Shown one piece after another: positions 1 through 15,200 of a stretch of 64,000 nt of DNA. Numbering within the stretch: position 1 is the first letter of the stretch; each line of letters begins with the position of its first letter. The notes under the pieces are model-generated. The model did not search any database and was not told where the DNA came from. It saw only the letters and a program-made list of their open reading frames with translations. This DNA is from Paraspadella gotoi. Its lineage: Eukaryota > Animalia > Chaetognatha. The stretch lies in assembly GCA_051294375.1 (NCBI GenBank), contig CM119266.1:6961431-7025430 (forward strand). Direction: 5' to 3'. The translations under genes and the position numbers were made by a program.

Positions 1-269
1 CTTGTTTTTTTACCATAGGTCATTAAATTCTAGGCAGCGAAACTGCCTGTTAAATCTAGAAACACACTGTGTTCTCTGATGAGGTTCTGTAGAAATTCAC
101 GAAATTCTCTGTGGAATTGAAGATGAGAATTTGAAAAAGATGGAGATTGCAACTGTCATAAAGATGACAAAGTGAGCGAAAGTAGATGAGAGGAAGATGA
201 CTAGTATAATGAGTAGTGCAATAGAAGTAATGAGGCCCTCATCGAGGCGAGTCACGAAATTTAAGCGAC

Positions 270-3200
270 TCAGAGAATCGTCGTAGTGACGGCGGAGATT
301 CCGTGAACGAGGACGACGGGGGGAATGTCTCTCGTGATCCGCTCGTAGTGATCCACGAATCGATGATGATCTCGTGCGTCGGAAGGCGGCAGTGACAAGT
401 AGAGGAAACTCACTGGAAGGAAAGTGAAAGTCACGATCTCGACTACAACCCTAAGTTTCCTTCCGCAGACTCACCTGTAGTTTCCTTCGAGTAACTCCGG
501 ACGAGCTCGTTGACGCCGTCGAGGAAGTCGTAGGGGACGCGGGCGAATCGACTCGGCTCCAGTGGCTCGTCGAGTCGGGAAAAGCTTGGAACTAAAAGTT
601 GGAGGAAGAAGTCCAGGGAGAAATAGAAAAAGAAAAGAATGATTCATCAAATGGAATAAATCCATATAATAAGTTATAAATTAATTTAATAAAAAAGCTA
701 TTTTGACCATAATTTTAAACTGACTGTTTTGGGTTAAGGCCAATAATAACAAAGAGGGACACGTCTTCAATCAAGACTCTATTACAATGAAGTGAGAGGA
801 GATTTTTTTTACTGTTTCAATTGGATAAAAGGAATATATAAGCCAAAAAAAGTTAAACGTCGCTAAAAACCCTAGCGGTCAAGTCAAATGTTACATCCAT
901 CATCGCTTTTGGAATGCGACTTTCATCCATTTTCCTCACCCGACATTTCCCGATCGGCGTCGCTCGAGCGGAGGCGGGTCACGTGATCCCAACTAATAAG
1001 AATGATTTCGGCGGGAATTCGGAGTTGAGCCAAAACCTGAGCCGATTGGCAGAAAAAGATGAGGTTTATTCTTACTGCTCTTGTTAATTAATTAAGATTA
1101 ATTAGAAACTGTTATTGTTAATGAATTAGATGGTATTGTTGTTAAAGCTAATATGAAAAACCCATTCCATCGATTCACATCTTCCAAGAAAAGTACTCGC
1201 CTTCGCAAAGTTCTTCTTCATGAACTCCGCGTCATCCTCCTCAGTGACGCAGAGAAAGACCCGGATGTGAGTCCCGGCCTTGTGCCAATGCTCCACCATC
1301 TCTAGGATGCAGGCCCAACTGCAGCATCAGCAGCGACGTCGTGTCCAGTAGGCGGAAACTCGACGGCTGGAGAAAGTTGTGCGGCCAGACGTCGACCACC
1401 ACCTGGAGAAAATGGTTTTCAGTCCATTTTTTATCTATTAATGAGCCATAAGTATTAATCAGCTTTGAAAGGTTTTAAAAATATTTTTATAGCCCCAAAT
1501 AAGTACTTATTAAGTTATAATAAGCTTTTACTGTAAACCTTTTTATTCTTTAAATCCGCTTTGTTGAAAGACTGAAAGTTTCGAGTGATCAACAGGTTCT
1601 TTTGCGACTTGATTATATCAAAGAGAATGTCCATATACTCGGAAAGCTGCAAAGACTTTTTCTGGTCGCCGGACCGCAGAGGAGGAAAGGCAGTTTCCAC
1701 CTGTAAAAAAAAATTTCAATTATTTCAATAAAATTGTTTACGAAATAATTGACTGACCTGATCCAAGGGCATCTGGAAGACTTTGGTCTTGAGGTCACTT
1801 TTCGCCAAAGCCATCGACAGTGTGTCTGTTGGGGGACTGTCGTCGTAAAACCCGAGGCAGACGGTATTGGGCTTCATTCCACCAAGACCGGACAATCTGA
1901 AAGTGAGCCCAAAATAAGACGAATTTTAAATAATGGAAAAGTAATGATTAATCAACGCACCTTCCTTCACCTGTAGAGATTTTGAACGCCTTCTCTGACT
2001 GACGATGCGATGGTTAACTCCACAAAGGCTTTGACCTTAAGATGATCCACGAGTCCCAGCCAATATGAGTAAGCATTGATTGTTGGATCTACCAGATGAT
2101 GGTCCAAGGATCCCAACTTAACAAAATAACCCAGAAATCAAAACAATTTGTTAATACATTTTAAAGTAGCATTAAGTATTATACATTACGTCGCGGTGCA
2201 CAGTCTCGTGGAAAATTTTAATTCACTGCTCTTCTCATGCAAAATTTTTATCTTGTGACCAAAATTTTTACTCTGTCTGATTACTAACATATGCCTTATA
2301 TTCGAAAGAACATAGGCTTTTTTTACCATGACTGTTTTTAATCAGTAAGATCGCAAAGATAATCAAAATATGTAAAAAATCAGGCTAAAAGTAGCTTAAA
2401 ACGGTGACAAAATTTCATACCATCGTCATTGTAATTAATCTGGGTTAAACTTATTGATTAAAAAAAGTTATATTCAAACTCAATTTACAACTAGAGATCA
2501 AGAGCTATCTTTTAAACCTATTATTTTTTCATTTAAAGGAAATTTAAGGATAATAATCAACAAACAAATATCTCTAAATCAGAATGACAAAACAATATTG
2601 CTTTTTCTAGTTTTGTATTCATTTTGTGGCTGTGACTTGTTTGGTGTTTAAGAAAGATCTAAGAGACATTTTTGGGAAAAGCATCTTCTTAGAACTGTAG
2701 GTATAAATTTTTATAAAAATATTTTAAAATTTAGTATACTAAAATGATTTTTAATTAATTAAAAAGTTGAATATTTAAATTTTTGAAAAAAACATTTGTC
2801 TCATGGAGAATTATAAATAAGGAACTTGAGAAATAATTTTGCATTTTGAAAAAAATCAGATTTTTCCCAATCGATTTTTTCACAACTGATGTTTTTATTT
2901 TTTTGATTTATTTATTTTTTATGCAAAATTATAATTCTTCGTGAGCATGGTCTGAAAAAGTTTTTTTTAATTTTTTTTTCGTTTTTTTTTTTTTTTTTTT
3001 TATGTTTTCCATAAGTATTCAAGAGGGATTTGGAGGACAGTTTTTTCTTATCTTATGTTATTGTGATCATTTGCTATTAATTTTTATGAATCATTGCTTT
3101 TAATAATAATACTGTAATGTGTGTAATGTAATGTAAGTGAGCAAAAGTTCTGAAATTGATGCAGAAACAAAGAGAAAGCGACATAGAGAGAGTGAGGCAA

Positions 3201-6200
3201 AGAGTGAGAGCAAGAGAGCAAAAGCTAAAGTGAGAGAGAGAATTCTGATTGTTGTTTAAGATGCGAAGGTTGCATGTTCGAGGCTATCACAAATATTTTT
3301 TTTTCGTAACCAGGAGACGTCAGATAAGAAAGATATTTTATGTGACTGAAAAGTGAAATCGCGCACTGGTTAAGGAGGAAAGAGAGAGAGACAGAAAGAG
3401 AGTCAGCAACTGTATGGACAACAAAAGTGACCAACAGTAATGAACTCTATAGTAAAAACTTATCTGAGCTCTAATTTTCAATCCAGATCATAGACTATGG
3501 ATATGAATATAATTATAAGTGGTAGATTTATCAATAAATATATATATTGCAGGACTACCCAAGGCCTACCTATTACTAAATTTAAAACCATAATATTCAC
3601 AAATAAGGAAGTTATGTATCATTGAAAAAATGACCCATCTAAAATATTAGCACTGATAAATAGGGAAAAAAACTTTTTGATAGTAACAATATTTCTACAG
3701 AAGTTTACAAACCCTCTTGAGTACAAGTTAGCAAAATTTTAAGAAAAAAATTTAAAATATATTAGAGCTAAGCAAGTTTTTTAAAAAAAATTTTGAGCCA
3801 ATTTTTAAGTGGTTTAAGATTATTTTTTGAAAGAATTGCTTAAATGGGCAATAGCCAGACATCCAGGCAACGTCCTATAAAATCCTAAAGCCATTTATCC
3901 TATAAATGGAAAAGTTAATCCATGTACAGATTTACGGCATTCTAGGTTTCCGGTACTGTAGTAAATATAAATTGAAGATTAGATTTAGGTCAAATAAAAA
4001 TCAACCGTATATAACGAAAATAAAAAAAGTTTTGATAGACTTGCATGGCTCTTAATCTCGGCGCATCTAAAAATAATATTAAAAAATACAAATTAAATTA
4101 ATAAATTAAAATTGATCTTTACTTTTTCTATTAAAAACCTACTTCTACTAGCTTGATTCCATTGAAACTTGAATTCCAGCTCAATGAACTAGTTTTTTAA
4201 TCACAGACAAATTTCAACTCAATTGATTCATCCAAACATAAGTAATAAGACTTTAAAAGGTACTGGAGAAAGGATGGACAGACAGACATATGACAGACAA
4301 ATGTTTTGAAGTTTTTGATATCAAACGACAGCTTAAACAGAGGAGATTCCGATTGCATTGTTTTTTAAGAGATATGTTGTTCACATGTTAAAGAAATAAA
4401 CCAATCTTCTTTTAGTTTGAAATTCTGTCAGCATTTATGTATTTAACTGTATCTTGAGAGCTTTAAGAGATTTTGCATTAATTTTTCTACATAACATTCA
4501 GGGAGTAATGCCCTCGGATGAGAAACAATAAAAAATGAAAAAATCAATACTGAAATTTTTTTTTTAACTGCATAGTTTTTATCTACGAGACTGTACATCG
4601 CGTCTTACCTGAACATTTCCAAGAACATAAAGTCCACCCTTCTTGATGTCGTTCACAAAGTCGATGAGTTGGCAAGAGGATCTCGGGTTCGCGACCAGAA
4701 GCAATACTTGTGGTCGCCAATATTTGACGTGCTCTTGTCGAGAGTCCAGCAGCAAGAGATATTTACGGACTTGATGGAATATCAGCGCCTGTGAGATGTG
4801 AGAGGAAAGAGGAGAGGTTGTTTGTGTTACTAAACTTAACACGTAATATTTAATAGTTAGAAAAATTGACCTGTGAAATAGAACCCCAGCCTGTGGCCGG
4901 CGGCGAGTACCACCAAATGAGAAGAATTAAAAGAAGAAGGACGACGATGGAGGCGGCGGCGTAGTCGGGCTTTACCACGAACGCCATCACCAGGGACGCG
5001 AGGAAACCTTTATGAGACGAATTATGCATCGATTGAATAGAATAGAATAGAATAGAATAGAATAGAATAGAAATCACAGATGCGGCATTGGCACAAGGCC
5101 GCGGACTCACAAGCATCCGGGGGGTCTTGTGTCTCTGCGCTCACTGAGGAAGGATGACGCGGATTCAATTGAAGAAGAACTTTTGCGAAGGCCGAGTTAC
5201 GTTTTCTTGGGAAGATGTGAAGTTCGCGATGGAAGGGTTTTTGCATATTAGCATTTAAAAAAACAACAATAACCATCTAATTCATTAACCAATAACAGTT
5301 CTAAATTAATCTTAAATTAAATTTAACAAGAGCAGTAAGGAATTAAACTCGATCCTTTTTTCTCTGCCAATCGGCTCAGTTTTTGGCTCAACTGGGGCCG
5401 AATTCCCCCCAGCCGGCTAATCATATCTTTATTAGTGGATCAAGGGCGGCAGAAAGCGTGACCCAGCGCCTCCGTCTCATCCGGAGTACGGCGCGGATGT
5501 AAGGGCAAGGGAAGACGCAGGACAAACCTGAACACATTTTCTTTTTTTCACGCTTGGTAGAAGAAGATTTAGGTCGCGTCTTTCCTAGGAGAAATTTGGG
5601 AAGCAGAAACATTAATGAATAAATAAAAAAAGGTTAACTAAAACTGTAATGTAAGATAAAATTGGGGCATTGTTAAGCACAAGGATTTTAAACTTAAGAT
5701 CGTCTCTAACTCCACTCTTCTCATCGTCTTCTCTCCTCTCCCGATTCGCGGAATACATGTCGGGTGATCTCTGGAAAAATGGGATGAAATGCCAGTCGCA
5801 TTACTCACATCACAAGCGATCGATTTGCGACTGTAACAATCCTCTTGTTGACTTCTGACCCTCCTTCTCTCTCGTTCGCTCTCGCTACGGTCTCAATCGG
5901 CAGTTTTTTACGCCAGACACGTTTTATCGTCAACTGTTTTTTTGCTTATATATATCAAATGATCCCACATTTTTGGAAAAAGACTAATTTTCCTGGACAT
6001 CGTTTACTGGATAGTACAACGAATTCAATTGAAACAGTAGAAAAAATAGACAAAAATCTCCAATCGACCAGTCTTCTCTAAGGTTACCGGGAAAAAGACT
6101 TAATAATTTGTTAGGATTAGAGAAGTACAATTTAACAAAGAAACTTGTTTCTGCAAGAGGTAGCCGTATTTGGTTTTCTATTGAAGCGTGAGAATCTTTT

Positions 6201-9200
6201 GTAAATCGATTGAGATTTGATATAACGGCCTTAACCGGTTTTTGCGATTCTTTTGTCCGAACATGATTCATACATACACATAATACACAAAGAAAGAACC
6301 CCATTTTATATCCCAAAACAACGTTGAAAATAACTCTTATGGTCAAATATAGCCGTTTTTTTTAATCTATGTGGGGTTGAAAATGTAAATAAATTTATAA
6401 TCTAGCAGATTGATTTATAACAGTGTAGACATTTATTCGCATTTGATGAATTCCATCTCAGTACTTATCCTTTTAATTCTCAGTTTTATTAAGCTAGTAT
6501 ATATTTATCATGCAGGTCTAAGGGAAAGCTTCAGAGAATGCCGACTTTTTTCTTGTAACGATCTCACTGTATAATGTTCGGACAACTTAATTTAGATCCA
6601 GACGCAAAGCCTTTACCACCAAAAAAGTCCTCCTGGGGCACACTTCCAGTCCCGAACTCCGATGAAATCGCTACAAGCAGCCAAATTTATGGAAACCGGA
6701 AGGTATTCGTATTATTCGCGGCCAATGCGTTTTTCCTCATCTTCTTATAAAAACATTTTTGGTTCACGAGCTTCCTATATCTGAGTTCAAATTGCGATGG
6801 TAATAGATTTTACGGTATGTGTTTAAAAATATATAATATTGTTGATAAGACAAAAGACAATAGTTATACCATGAATGCTAGGTCGGCCGCGCTCCCGAGT
6901 AGGGAGCACAGAGAAGGCTCTTGTCTCCAGAGTTAGTTTAAGCTATCGACCCCATTTAAGTAGTAGGAATACCTCCCTTGGATTAATTAGACGACAAGAG
7001 GATTGAGGAAGGTCCTGCGGAACGGAGAACTTAGGAGTTGGTGTCCGAGATAGCGTGACTTTTCAACTTTTCCTATCACCAGTGTGAGTTTCCTCTCTTG
7101 TGTCAACTCAGAAGTGTGCCGAAAGGTTGGACTTGGCCGTACGAGGCCTCCGGGGTACGGGCATATAAGGACGAGATCATCATGCCGAGTTCGTGGATCA
7201 CTACGAGCGGATCACTGAAGACCATTTCCACCCCGTCGGTCCATCGTTCCGGACGGTGATGTGAAGATTAACAGAGCGGAAAATACCTTTTGGTGACGGG
7301 GGAAATTCCGACTAGTGATGTGAATCTTCTCCCCGCCGTCACCCGCTGAAGTACGTATCACGACGTATTTCTCTGAGTGCCGCCAGGATATCTGCTGAGT
7401 TCTGCTTTTATAAATTTCGTGACTCGCTCTCGATGAGGGCTTCAAACTCATTACTACTTCCTGCTCTTTCACTTTGCAACAGCAAGAATAGTCTTATCGA
7501 CTCTAAGATTATGGATCTCATATATATCCTAGTGTCAATGGCCATCCGGGGTATCCTCTCATCTAGGACTTTCATACGGCCGCTCACTTTGTCACCCTCT
7601 ATAAATAATCGACAGTTGCATCCAATCTAGCTCAGTTGAACGAAAGTATAACTTATTTGTTCAATTCTCATTTCAAGTTCCGAACACGCAGAATTTACAC
7701 CGTGAATTTCAACAGAAACGCTATCTGAGCTACAGCAAGTAGAACACATGCGGGTGGGGTGAGTTTCTAGAGGAGAGTTTATACGGACGATTCGACTTTG
7801 GCCTGACGAATGTTTCATGAGCATCTGGAAACTATGGGAAGGGTATAAAAAAAAAACCAAGAAATAGACCCACGATGGCTTTTTCCGTAAAGTGGTAGTT
7901 CGTCTGGGATCTGACCGATTAGGGATAAGTGTTGTTGTTTTGTTCTGCTTTGGATTGTGAATTTGTCTATTGATGTTTCGTAAATTTTTCTGAACCATGA
8001 TCTGAGATTTTTATCCTGTGTCAAGTAAACAGAAGATTTCGTACATCGTAAAATATCTCAAAAAAACAGAGAGAATAAATTGTTTCTTCTCTCTTTTGTT
8101 TGCTGCATTACTAGTGCTGACACATTGGTAATTAGACCCTCCTTTGATTGTTATTTTAAAATGTCAGCCTAAAAAGAAGTTCACTGAAATTAATGATAAT
8201 GAAAACCAGCTAGTTATAATGGTAGTTTTCAACAGATGTCGCACTCAATCGTAATGAAAGCTAGTAAGGTACTTCTCTCAACATCTTCGTTACAGTTTCA
8301 TGTCTTGTTCCGAGTCTTCTTTTCCTTTTTTATCTGTCAAAAGAGTAAAAAAAGTTTCCAACAAAAAGCAAACCGCACCATGCTTCCTCTCTATCTCTCC
8401 TCTTTCCCCTTCCGTCTATCGTGTAACACATTATATTCTTCTTCCCTTTGTCGTTACTGGCTTTTCGTCCCCGGATTTCCGTTTCAAGATCCAGAGAAAA
8501 CGAAAGGAAATAATGACACAGCGAGGAAAAACGAGAGGAAACCAGCCATAAGTCCTTTCGAGAATGCTTTCTTGCTTTTCGGAATGCTTTTCGAATGAGC
8601 AGTCTTTTCCTTGTTCTCTCCAAGTTTGGACTCATCCGAATGCAGACTTCTGCTTTAAATTTTCAACTTTTGTAGGTTATTGATGGGAATTCGATGAACA
8701 TTTTGGGAGAGGAATATAATTCAACGTGATCTCGCGATCAATCGAAACCTCAACAAGATTCGCCCTTATTCCAGGGCCTCATTATCTCAACTTATCCAGG
8801 GAATACTAATCGGATTCTAAATTGAAAACTGTTTCTCACTGCGGGACGAAGCGTAATATACTTTGTCTTTTGGTTTTCAAAAATATTATATTTTTAAAAA
8901 CGAGAAATCTATACATTTTGAAATAGTGAAGCAAAATGTTTTATCATGAAAAAAAAATCGTAAAAAATCTCTGATAATTTGTATTTATGGACGATGTCCC
9001 AGACTTTATGTTTTGATGGTCTTTTCCAACAGTTATTATAGATGGTCAGAAAGTCCTTGACCTTTTCCTAACCTCTTGCTTAAATTTCACTACTAAACTG
9101 GATTAGATAAGTACTGAGGATACTGGTCCTCAGTAAAATTTTCTCACACCACAAGATAAAAAACGAAGGTATTTTCAAGTTGAAGGTATTTTTCTTTAAT

Positions 9201-12200
9201 TATTATAATCATGACGGAAAGAAAGATCCAGCATTGCCCGAAAAAAACAAGCCGAGGTCCTTTGTAAAAGGGCAGGTAAATGCATTCTACGAAAGGGACT
9301 TTCAGGCAAGGGTCCCCTCGCAATTTTCGTTATCCTGTTAATTCACTTATTCCACCCCTTGCTCTGCGGATAATACAGAGATCTGATTGGAAAGAATGAC
9401 GAGAAATTGCCGAAGGATTCGAGCAGATAAACTCAAATGTATGTATAGATTAAGTAATTATAATGTGTGTACACATAATTTTAGTCGTTTTCGAAATCGT
9501 TCGATAGGGAAGAGACGTCTTTGTCATTGTTGTGGCGTAACTTACGGTGTGCAGAAGAAGAGAGGAAGAATGGTGTCTTTTTCGAAGATTGGGTCGGTCA
9601 TTTTATTTGGAAATATCTTTTTTTTTGATTTTCTCTTTTGACCAGAGGGTAATATAGGAGAGAATGGAAGGACAGGAAACTATGAGGCAGGACAGGTAGA
9701 GAGGAAGAAAGAGAGACGTAGAGAGGGAGGAACGAAAAGATGTTAGGAGAGAAGGAAGGGACAGACGAGAGAGAGAGAGTTAACTGAAGGCAGGATGAGT
9801 ACGCAAAGAGGAATAGATCATTTCGAAGGATGAGTGAGCGACAATTCTCGTTGGAAAGCTCCGATCAATAAATGCCATAATTATATCAACTAAATTACCG
9901 ATGTGTTTTTATTTAACCATTATCATTTATTATTTATTTATTATTTCAGAATGACGTCTTCTTTTTAGTTCTTGAGACATTTAAGAGAGAACTATTCTAT
10001 ACAATTAGAGGTTACTTAGAATCTAACGCAACAGTGGCGGTGAACTAGAAACATCTCTAGTAATTCCCTCTGACGAGAGCACCAAACAAAAAAAGAATGA
10101 GTTAAAGCATTCCTCTATCTCAATTTCACTCACAATCTGTTTTTTTGAGATACGCTGACGCTTTTTAGCGAATGGTCCCAGCTCCGACTGGAGAGAACGA
10201 TCTTCTGGTTACTTGAACAGAATAAAAGCCAGAGCGCGACCGAAGTCAGATCAATTGAGGCTCATGAAAAATTAGAAAAGCTCACAGGTCAGACAAGACG
10301 CCAGAATTAATGACCAAATTGCCAACATCGGTCGGCTAAGCATTACATTTTCGAAATAATCATACAAAGCGACACACTCTCTTCCCTAACGGTCAATTGC
10401 CGAAGAGACCCACTCGCGACAAAAGGAGCGCACCACCGGTGGAAGTCATTCTTTAGATATTCTTTTCTTATGCCAATCAGTGTCAGTATAAATTCTTAGC
10501 GCATGCGAGAACAGACCTGTTAAATCTAAGAAAACAACAATCGGTCGACACTGTGTTTCTCAATGAGAGGTATCATGGTGAAATGATAATTTCCGCAGCG
10601 AAACAGATATTCCTCTGTGGAAATAGAATAGAATTTTGAGAATTTTAGTGTGCGATAATTAGATATGGGTAGAGTGGCATACTGTTCCATAAAAGACACA
10701 CACAGTCGCTTATATGTTCGAAAGAGTAGATTGGAGGATTATGTAAAATAGACTAGTATATTTTATTGAGTAGTGTGTATTATTAGAGAAGCTAATGAGG
10801 CGCCCGCACATTCGATGCGGTATGTGCGATCGTTCGTCGTGCAATTGTCGTCGGAAGAGATTTTTGGTTCGTCTCAAATATATATTAGACCCTTAAATTC
10901 TCGTTTTGCCATGATTGTAGCAACCAAAATTATTATCGATAGTATAGTTATCGCTACGGGAAAATGTTTAATGCTCGACGCTCTCAGAGAAATCGGTTCT
11001 GATTGAGTGGAGCGGCGGAGATTTCCGTGAACAGGACCACTGGGGCGGAACAGATTCTCGTGTGAATTTATCCTTCGCTCGTTAAAAGTAGATTCCCCAC
11101 ACGAATTTAGAGAGTATGAGATTGATACTCGATGGCCGATCACACGAAGAGCAGTGACTATTATGTAGTTGTATGTGAACAAACATATCACTTATGCGAA
11201 GGAAAGTGAATAGTCACACCAGAAACATATCGAAATCTAATCATTACCTCATGCATATGTGCCGCCACATTCGCAATGCAAACTCACCTTTAAGCTGCCT
11301 GTCGAGTTAACTCCGGACGTAGCTCTGTTGCGACAGCCGATGCTCTGAGAAAGTCGTGATGGGAATCGCTGTGTTCGGAATCGATCTCGGTTCTGTTCCG
11401 ATTTGTGGCTCGTACGAGTTGCGGGATAAATGCTTGGAAACTTATCCAGATCGAGCTTTCGTGAGGAAGTTTAATTCCGAGTGGAGAGAATGATGATGTA
11501 AAATGAAACGCAGCAATGTTTTACCATTTAATTCTTATTCTATTGAGAATATATTTATTCGAGTATTACGTTATAGTTAATTAATTATATAATCACAATT
11601 AATTTTAATAAAAAGACGAACATTGAGTGAAGAGTACTATTTTGGGACCATATTTATTATACACTGTACATGCATTTTAGAGAGGGTTAAAGTGCCCACA
11701 TATGAAATTAACGGACAATGGACAGAGGGCGGAGCAGGGAGATGGGCCGTCGCGTCAAAGTTCCAAGGGGAGTCTCTATTACAATGAAATACAGTCGAAG
11801 AGGGCAAGATATCGTTTATTTTTTACTGTTTCAATTGGAACCTAACGAACTAGTGACAATAATATTACGCGGAAAGAGCCATAAACGAGAGTAAGTATAC
11901 TAACTGCTGGCTCAAAGAACCGACAACAATGGGCCGATACGTCTCGAGAGTCACAGCATAGGCTAATCCTCCGAGATTGTCATACTGGCATGGAAATTTT
12001 GGAGAAAGGCATATCTATTTTTTCTATCTAAGCTATTAGTTTTTGCACTTTGATCGCATAAAAAAGCGTCATTCTATTAATTTCCTAGTATATTGATTGA
12101 TTCTTAACATTAACCTGTGATTGATCACCAGACTCTTTGCCACTGTCCCGAGCGTGCCGCGGCTGGTGGGACTTCTGGACGCCAGGGTCAGCAGGGCGGG

Positions 12201-15200
12201 CGGACGTCCCACACGTTTGAAAACAAACCCAACACTTAATTCAGACCAATGATTCTAAAGACAAATATACAGAAGGCTGGGGAGTCTCCTCCGGCACAGA
12301 TCGACACACGCCAATGAAGAAAGCGTGCGGTGAGACTTAAAAATTCAGGAAGTATCGGAGCTCGTTAATGCAACCTTTGTTATTGAGCCTGAGATTGTGG
12401 CTTAGATAGTGAGATAGTATTTCAAGTGTTAGGTATTTCAAATATAAGTTCGTCTTACTATGGTTGTCATCAACCATTAGTTAATTAAATTAAAAGATTA
12501 ATTTAGAAACTGTTATTAAAGTGTCGAAAATTATAGAAAATTTATGATTGGGAGATTCTGACAATCTCCGTTGTTAACGCTAATATAATTTGGTAATATG
12601 TTATATCCAGCCACGCACATTCAACGATTCGCAACGCGTATATCTTCCGAGGTAAACGCATAAAAGCGATGATGAAAAAATATCAACGAAATTCAATTCA
12701 ATTAAGTATATTAATAGGAGTGAAGTATAACTCGCATTGCGCTATTCACCGGACTGTCAGAGCGTGTTTATTACTCTCTTCAAGTTCGTTTGCGCATGAT
12801 ATACTCGGGAGAATAGAACTCCGCGTCAATCCTCCTCAGCTGACAGCAGAGAAAGACCCGGATGTTTGAGGTCCCGGCCTTGTGCCAATGCTCCACCATT
12901 CTCTAGGATGCAGGCCAACTGCGCATCAGCAGCGACGTCGTGTCCAAGTAGGCGGAAACTCGAACGGCTGGAGAATAGTTTGTGCCGGGCCAGACGTCGA
13001 CCATCACCTGGAGAATGGTTTTCAGTCCATTTTTTTATCTCAGTAATGAGCCCATAAGTAAATTAATTAGCTTTGAAAGGTTTTAAAAATATTTTTATTT
13101 AGCCCAAATAAGTAACTGTATTAAGTTATAAGTAGGACCCCAACCCAATCATTAACCGATGACCAATAAGATAAAGCCGATGAACAATCTCATATACTAT
13201 AAAGATAAACCACGAAAGTACCGCATATCGTCATCCAAGGGCGAAAGTCTCGCAGTCTTAGCACAAACATCAAAACTGACGCAAATCTGATGTAAATGAA
13301 AAGCATAAGGCTAGAACGATCATAATAGGCTTTTAAAAAATGGTACTAGTAAGACTTTTTATTTCTTTAAATCCGCTTTGGTGGTTCTGAAGAGACTGAG
13401 GGTTGAAAGTCTATTTCGCATTTTGGTGTGTTATCGAGGCTTTAATCGTAGTGGAGGGTATTTCGAGTGGATCAACTAAGGTTCTTTTGCGACTTGATTA
13501 TAATCAAAGAGAATGCTGCCATCATACTCGGAAAGCTGCAATAAAGACCTTTTTCTGGTGGCGGGGATAGTGGGTGGTCGCGCATTCGGACCGCAGAGGA
13601 GGAGGCAGGTTTCCTTTTAAAAGAAAAAATTTAGTTCAATTGATTATTCAATAAATTGTTATCGAAATAATTGACTGTACTCTGAAATCCAAGGGCAATC
13701 ACTGTGGAAGAACTTTGGTCTTGAGGTCACTTTTTTTCCCTCGGCTCAAGCCACGAACAGTGGGTGTCTGTTGGGGGACTGTCGTCGTAAACCACCGGCA
13801 AGTACGGAGCAGACGGTATTGGCTTCCAATTTTCCACTCAGACACGGACAGAAAATCTGAACAGTGAGCCGCAAAATAAGACGAGATTTTAAATAAATGG
13901 GATAAAAGTATGATTTTGAATCAACGCACCCTCCTCTGCTCACCTGTGAAGACCTTGTGTGGAACGCCTTCTCTGACTGCTTGACGATGCGAATGGTAAA
14001 GAACCGTTTGGGATTCACGACAAGTTACCGAGCTTCCTCCTCCGCCACCCCCCTTCTCTATAGAAAACGTGTCACTGTAATAGTTAAAACTTGGGAAAAC
14101 CCTATGCTCTCTGTTTTCCTTCCTCTCTTCATTTTTTAAAACTAATAATGGTTGTCTGTTTCATCTGTAACCCTTATTAATCCCGTAATGAACTGTTTCA
14201 AGTCAATTTTCCTCTCGCATGAAAACATCGTAGATACCATCCTATACAAAACAGGCCTCATGACAGAATGTTATTCCATTAACGACTGCGTCGCCTGGTC
14301 CAATCAGCCGGTTAATTCATCCTTCGATCGACGAATTGACCAATCGACGTACCGACTCTTCCCATGCTTCCTTCCTCCGCCAAGATGGCTCCTCCGGGTT
14401 CCCCGTATGGAGGATCAAGGAGGGAGGCAGTCCACCTCTTCACGCACCAATCTGACGGAAGACGGCGCCAGACCTCACGGGGGACGACGGAAGCAGGGAG
14501 CAGCAGTCCGTTTATGGAGCACGGGAGAGAATAAAACGCGGACTCTCGCGACATTCGCGCGGGGTCATTTGCTCCGGTCGCGCATCTTCTCGATCTTCCT
14601 GCGGATCGGGCTGCATTCTCTTCCTCGGATGGGCCTCGTCGTCGGCCAAGCCAGTGGTCGTGTGGATTTTGCTCTTGGCTTCTATCAATTATTCTCAGTT
14701 TATTCAAATTACGATGGATATTATTGGAGCTACCAAATTGATTACCTCATATGTTCAATTATAGGCATCCTGTTGACGATTGTCATCACTCCTTGATCTC
14801 CTACGCGGTGCTGGGGTTGACGATCCTCTCCATTTGCGCCATCTCTACCGCACGGCGCCGAACTCTTAACACGCGGAAGGCGGCAGTAGCAGCCTCACTC
14901 TATCCGGATTCAGTTCCGATGACGAGAAATCTTGGCGAGAGCAACAATTGTGTAGTTAATATTGGTAAAAGCGAGGGCGAGAGGGGATCGTCAATAATAA
15001 ATTTATTTAAAATAGTATTTCATCAATAAATGAATTTTCATACAAAATTAAATACAAGCATTATAAAATGCGTATTTTTTTATTATTACATGTTCTTATT
15101 CATTATTCAAGAAACCTCGTCGCGGTTAGAGGAATGACAACATAAGTTGTAGCAGATGAGTTTACATCTTTTGGCGAATGTATCTGTCGAATGTGCAAAA

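Noticed and set aside
76-112. CTGATGAG..CGAAA hammerhead-like motif
   Set aside because: No convincing stem II, III or I pairing
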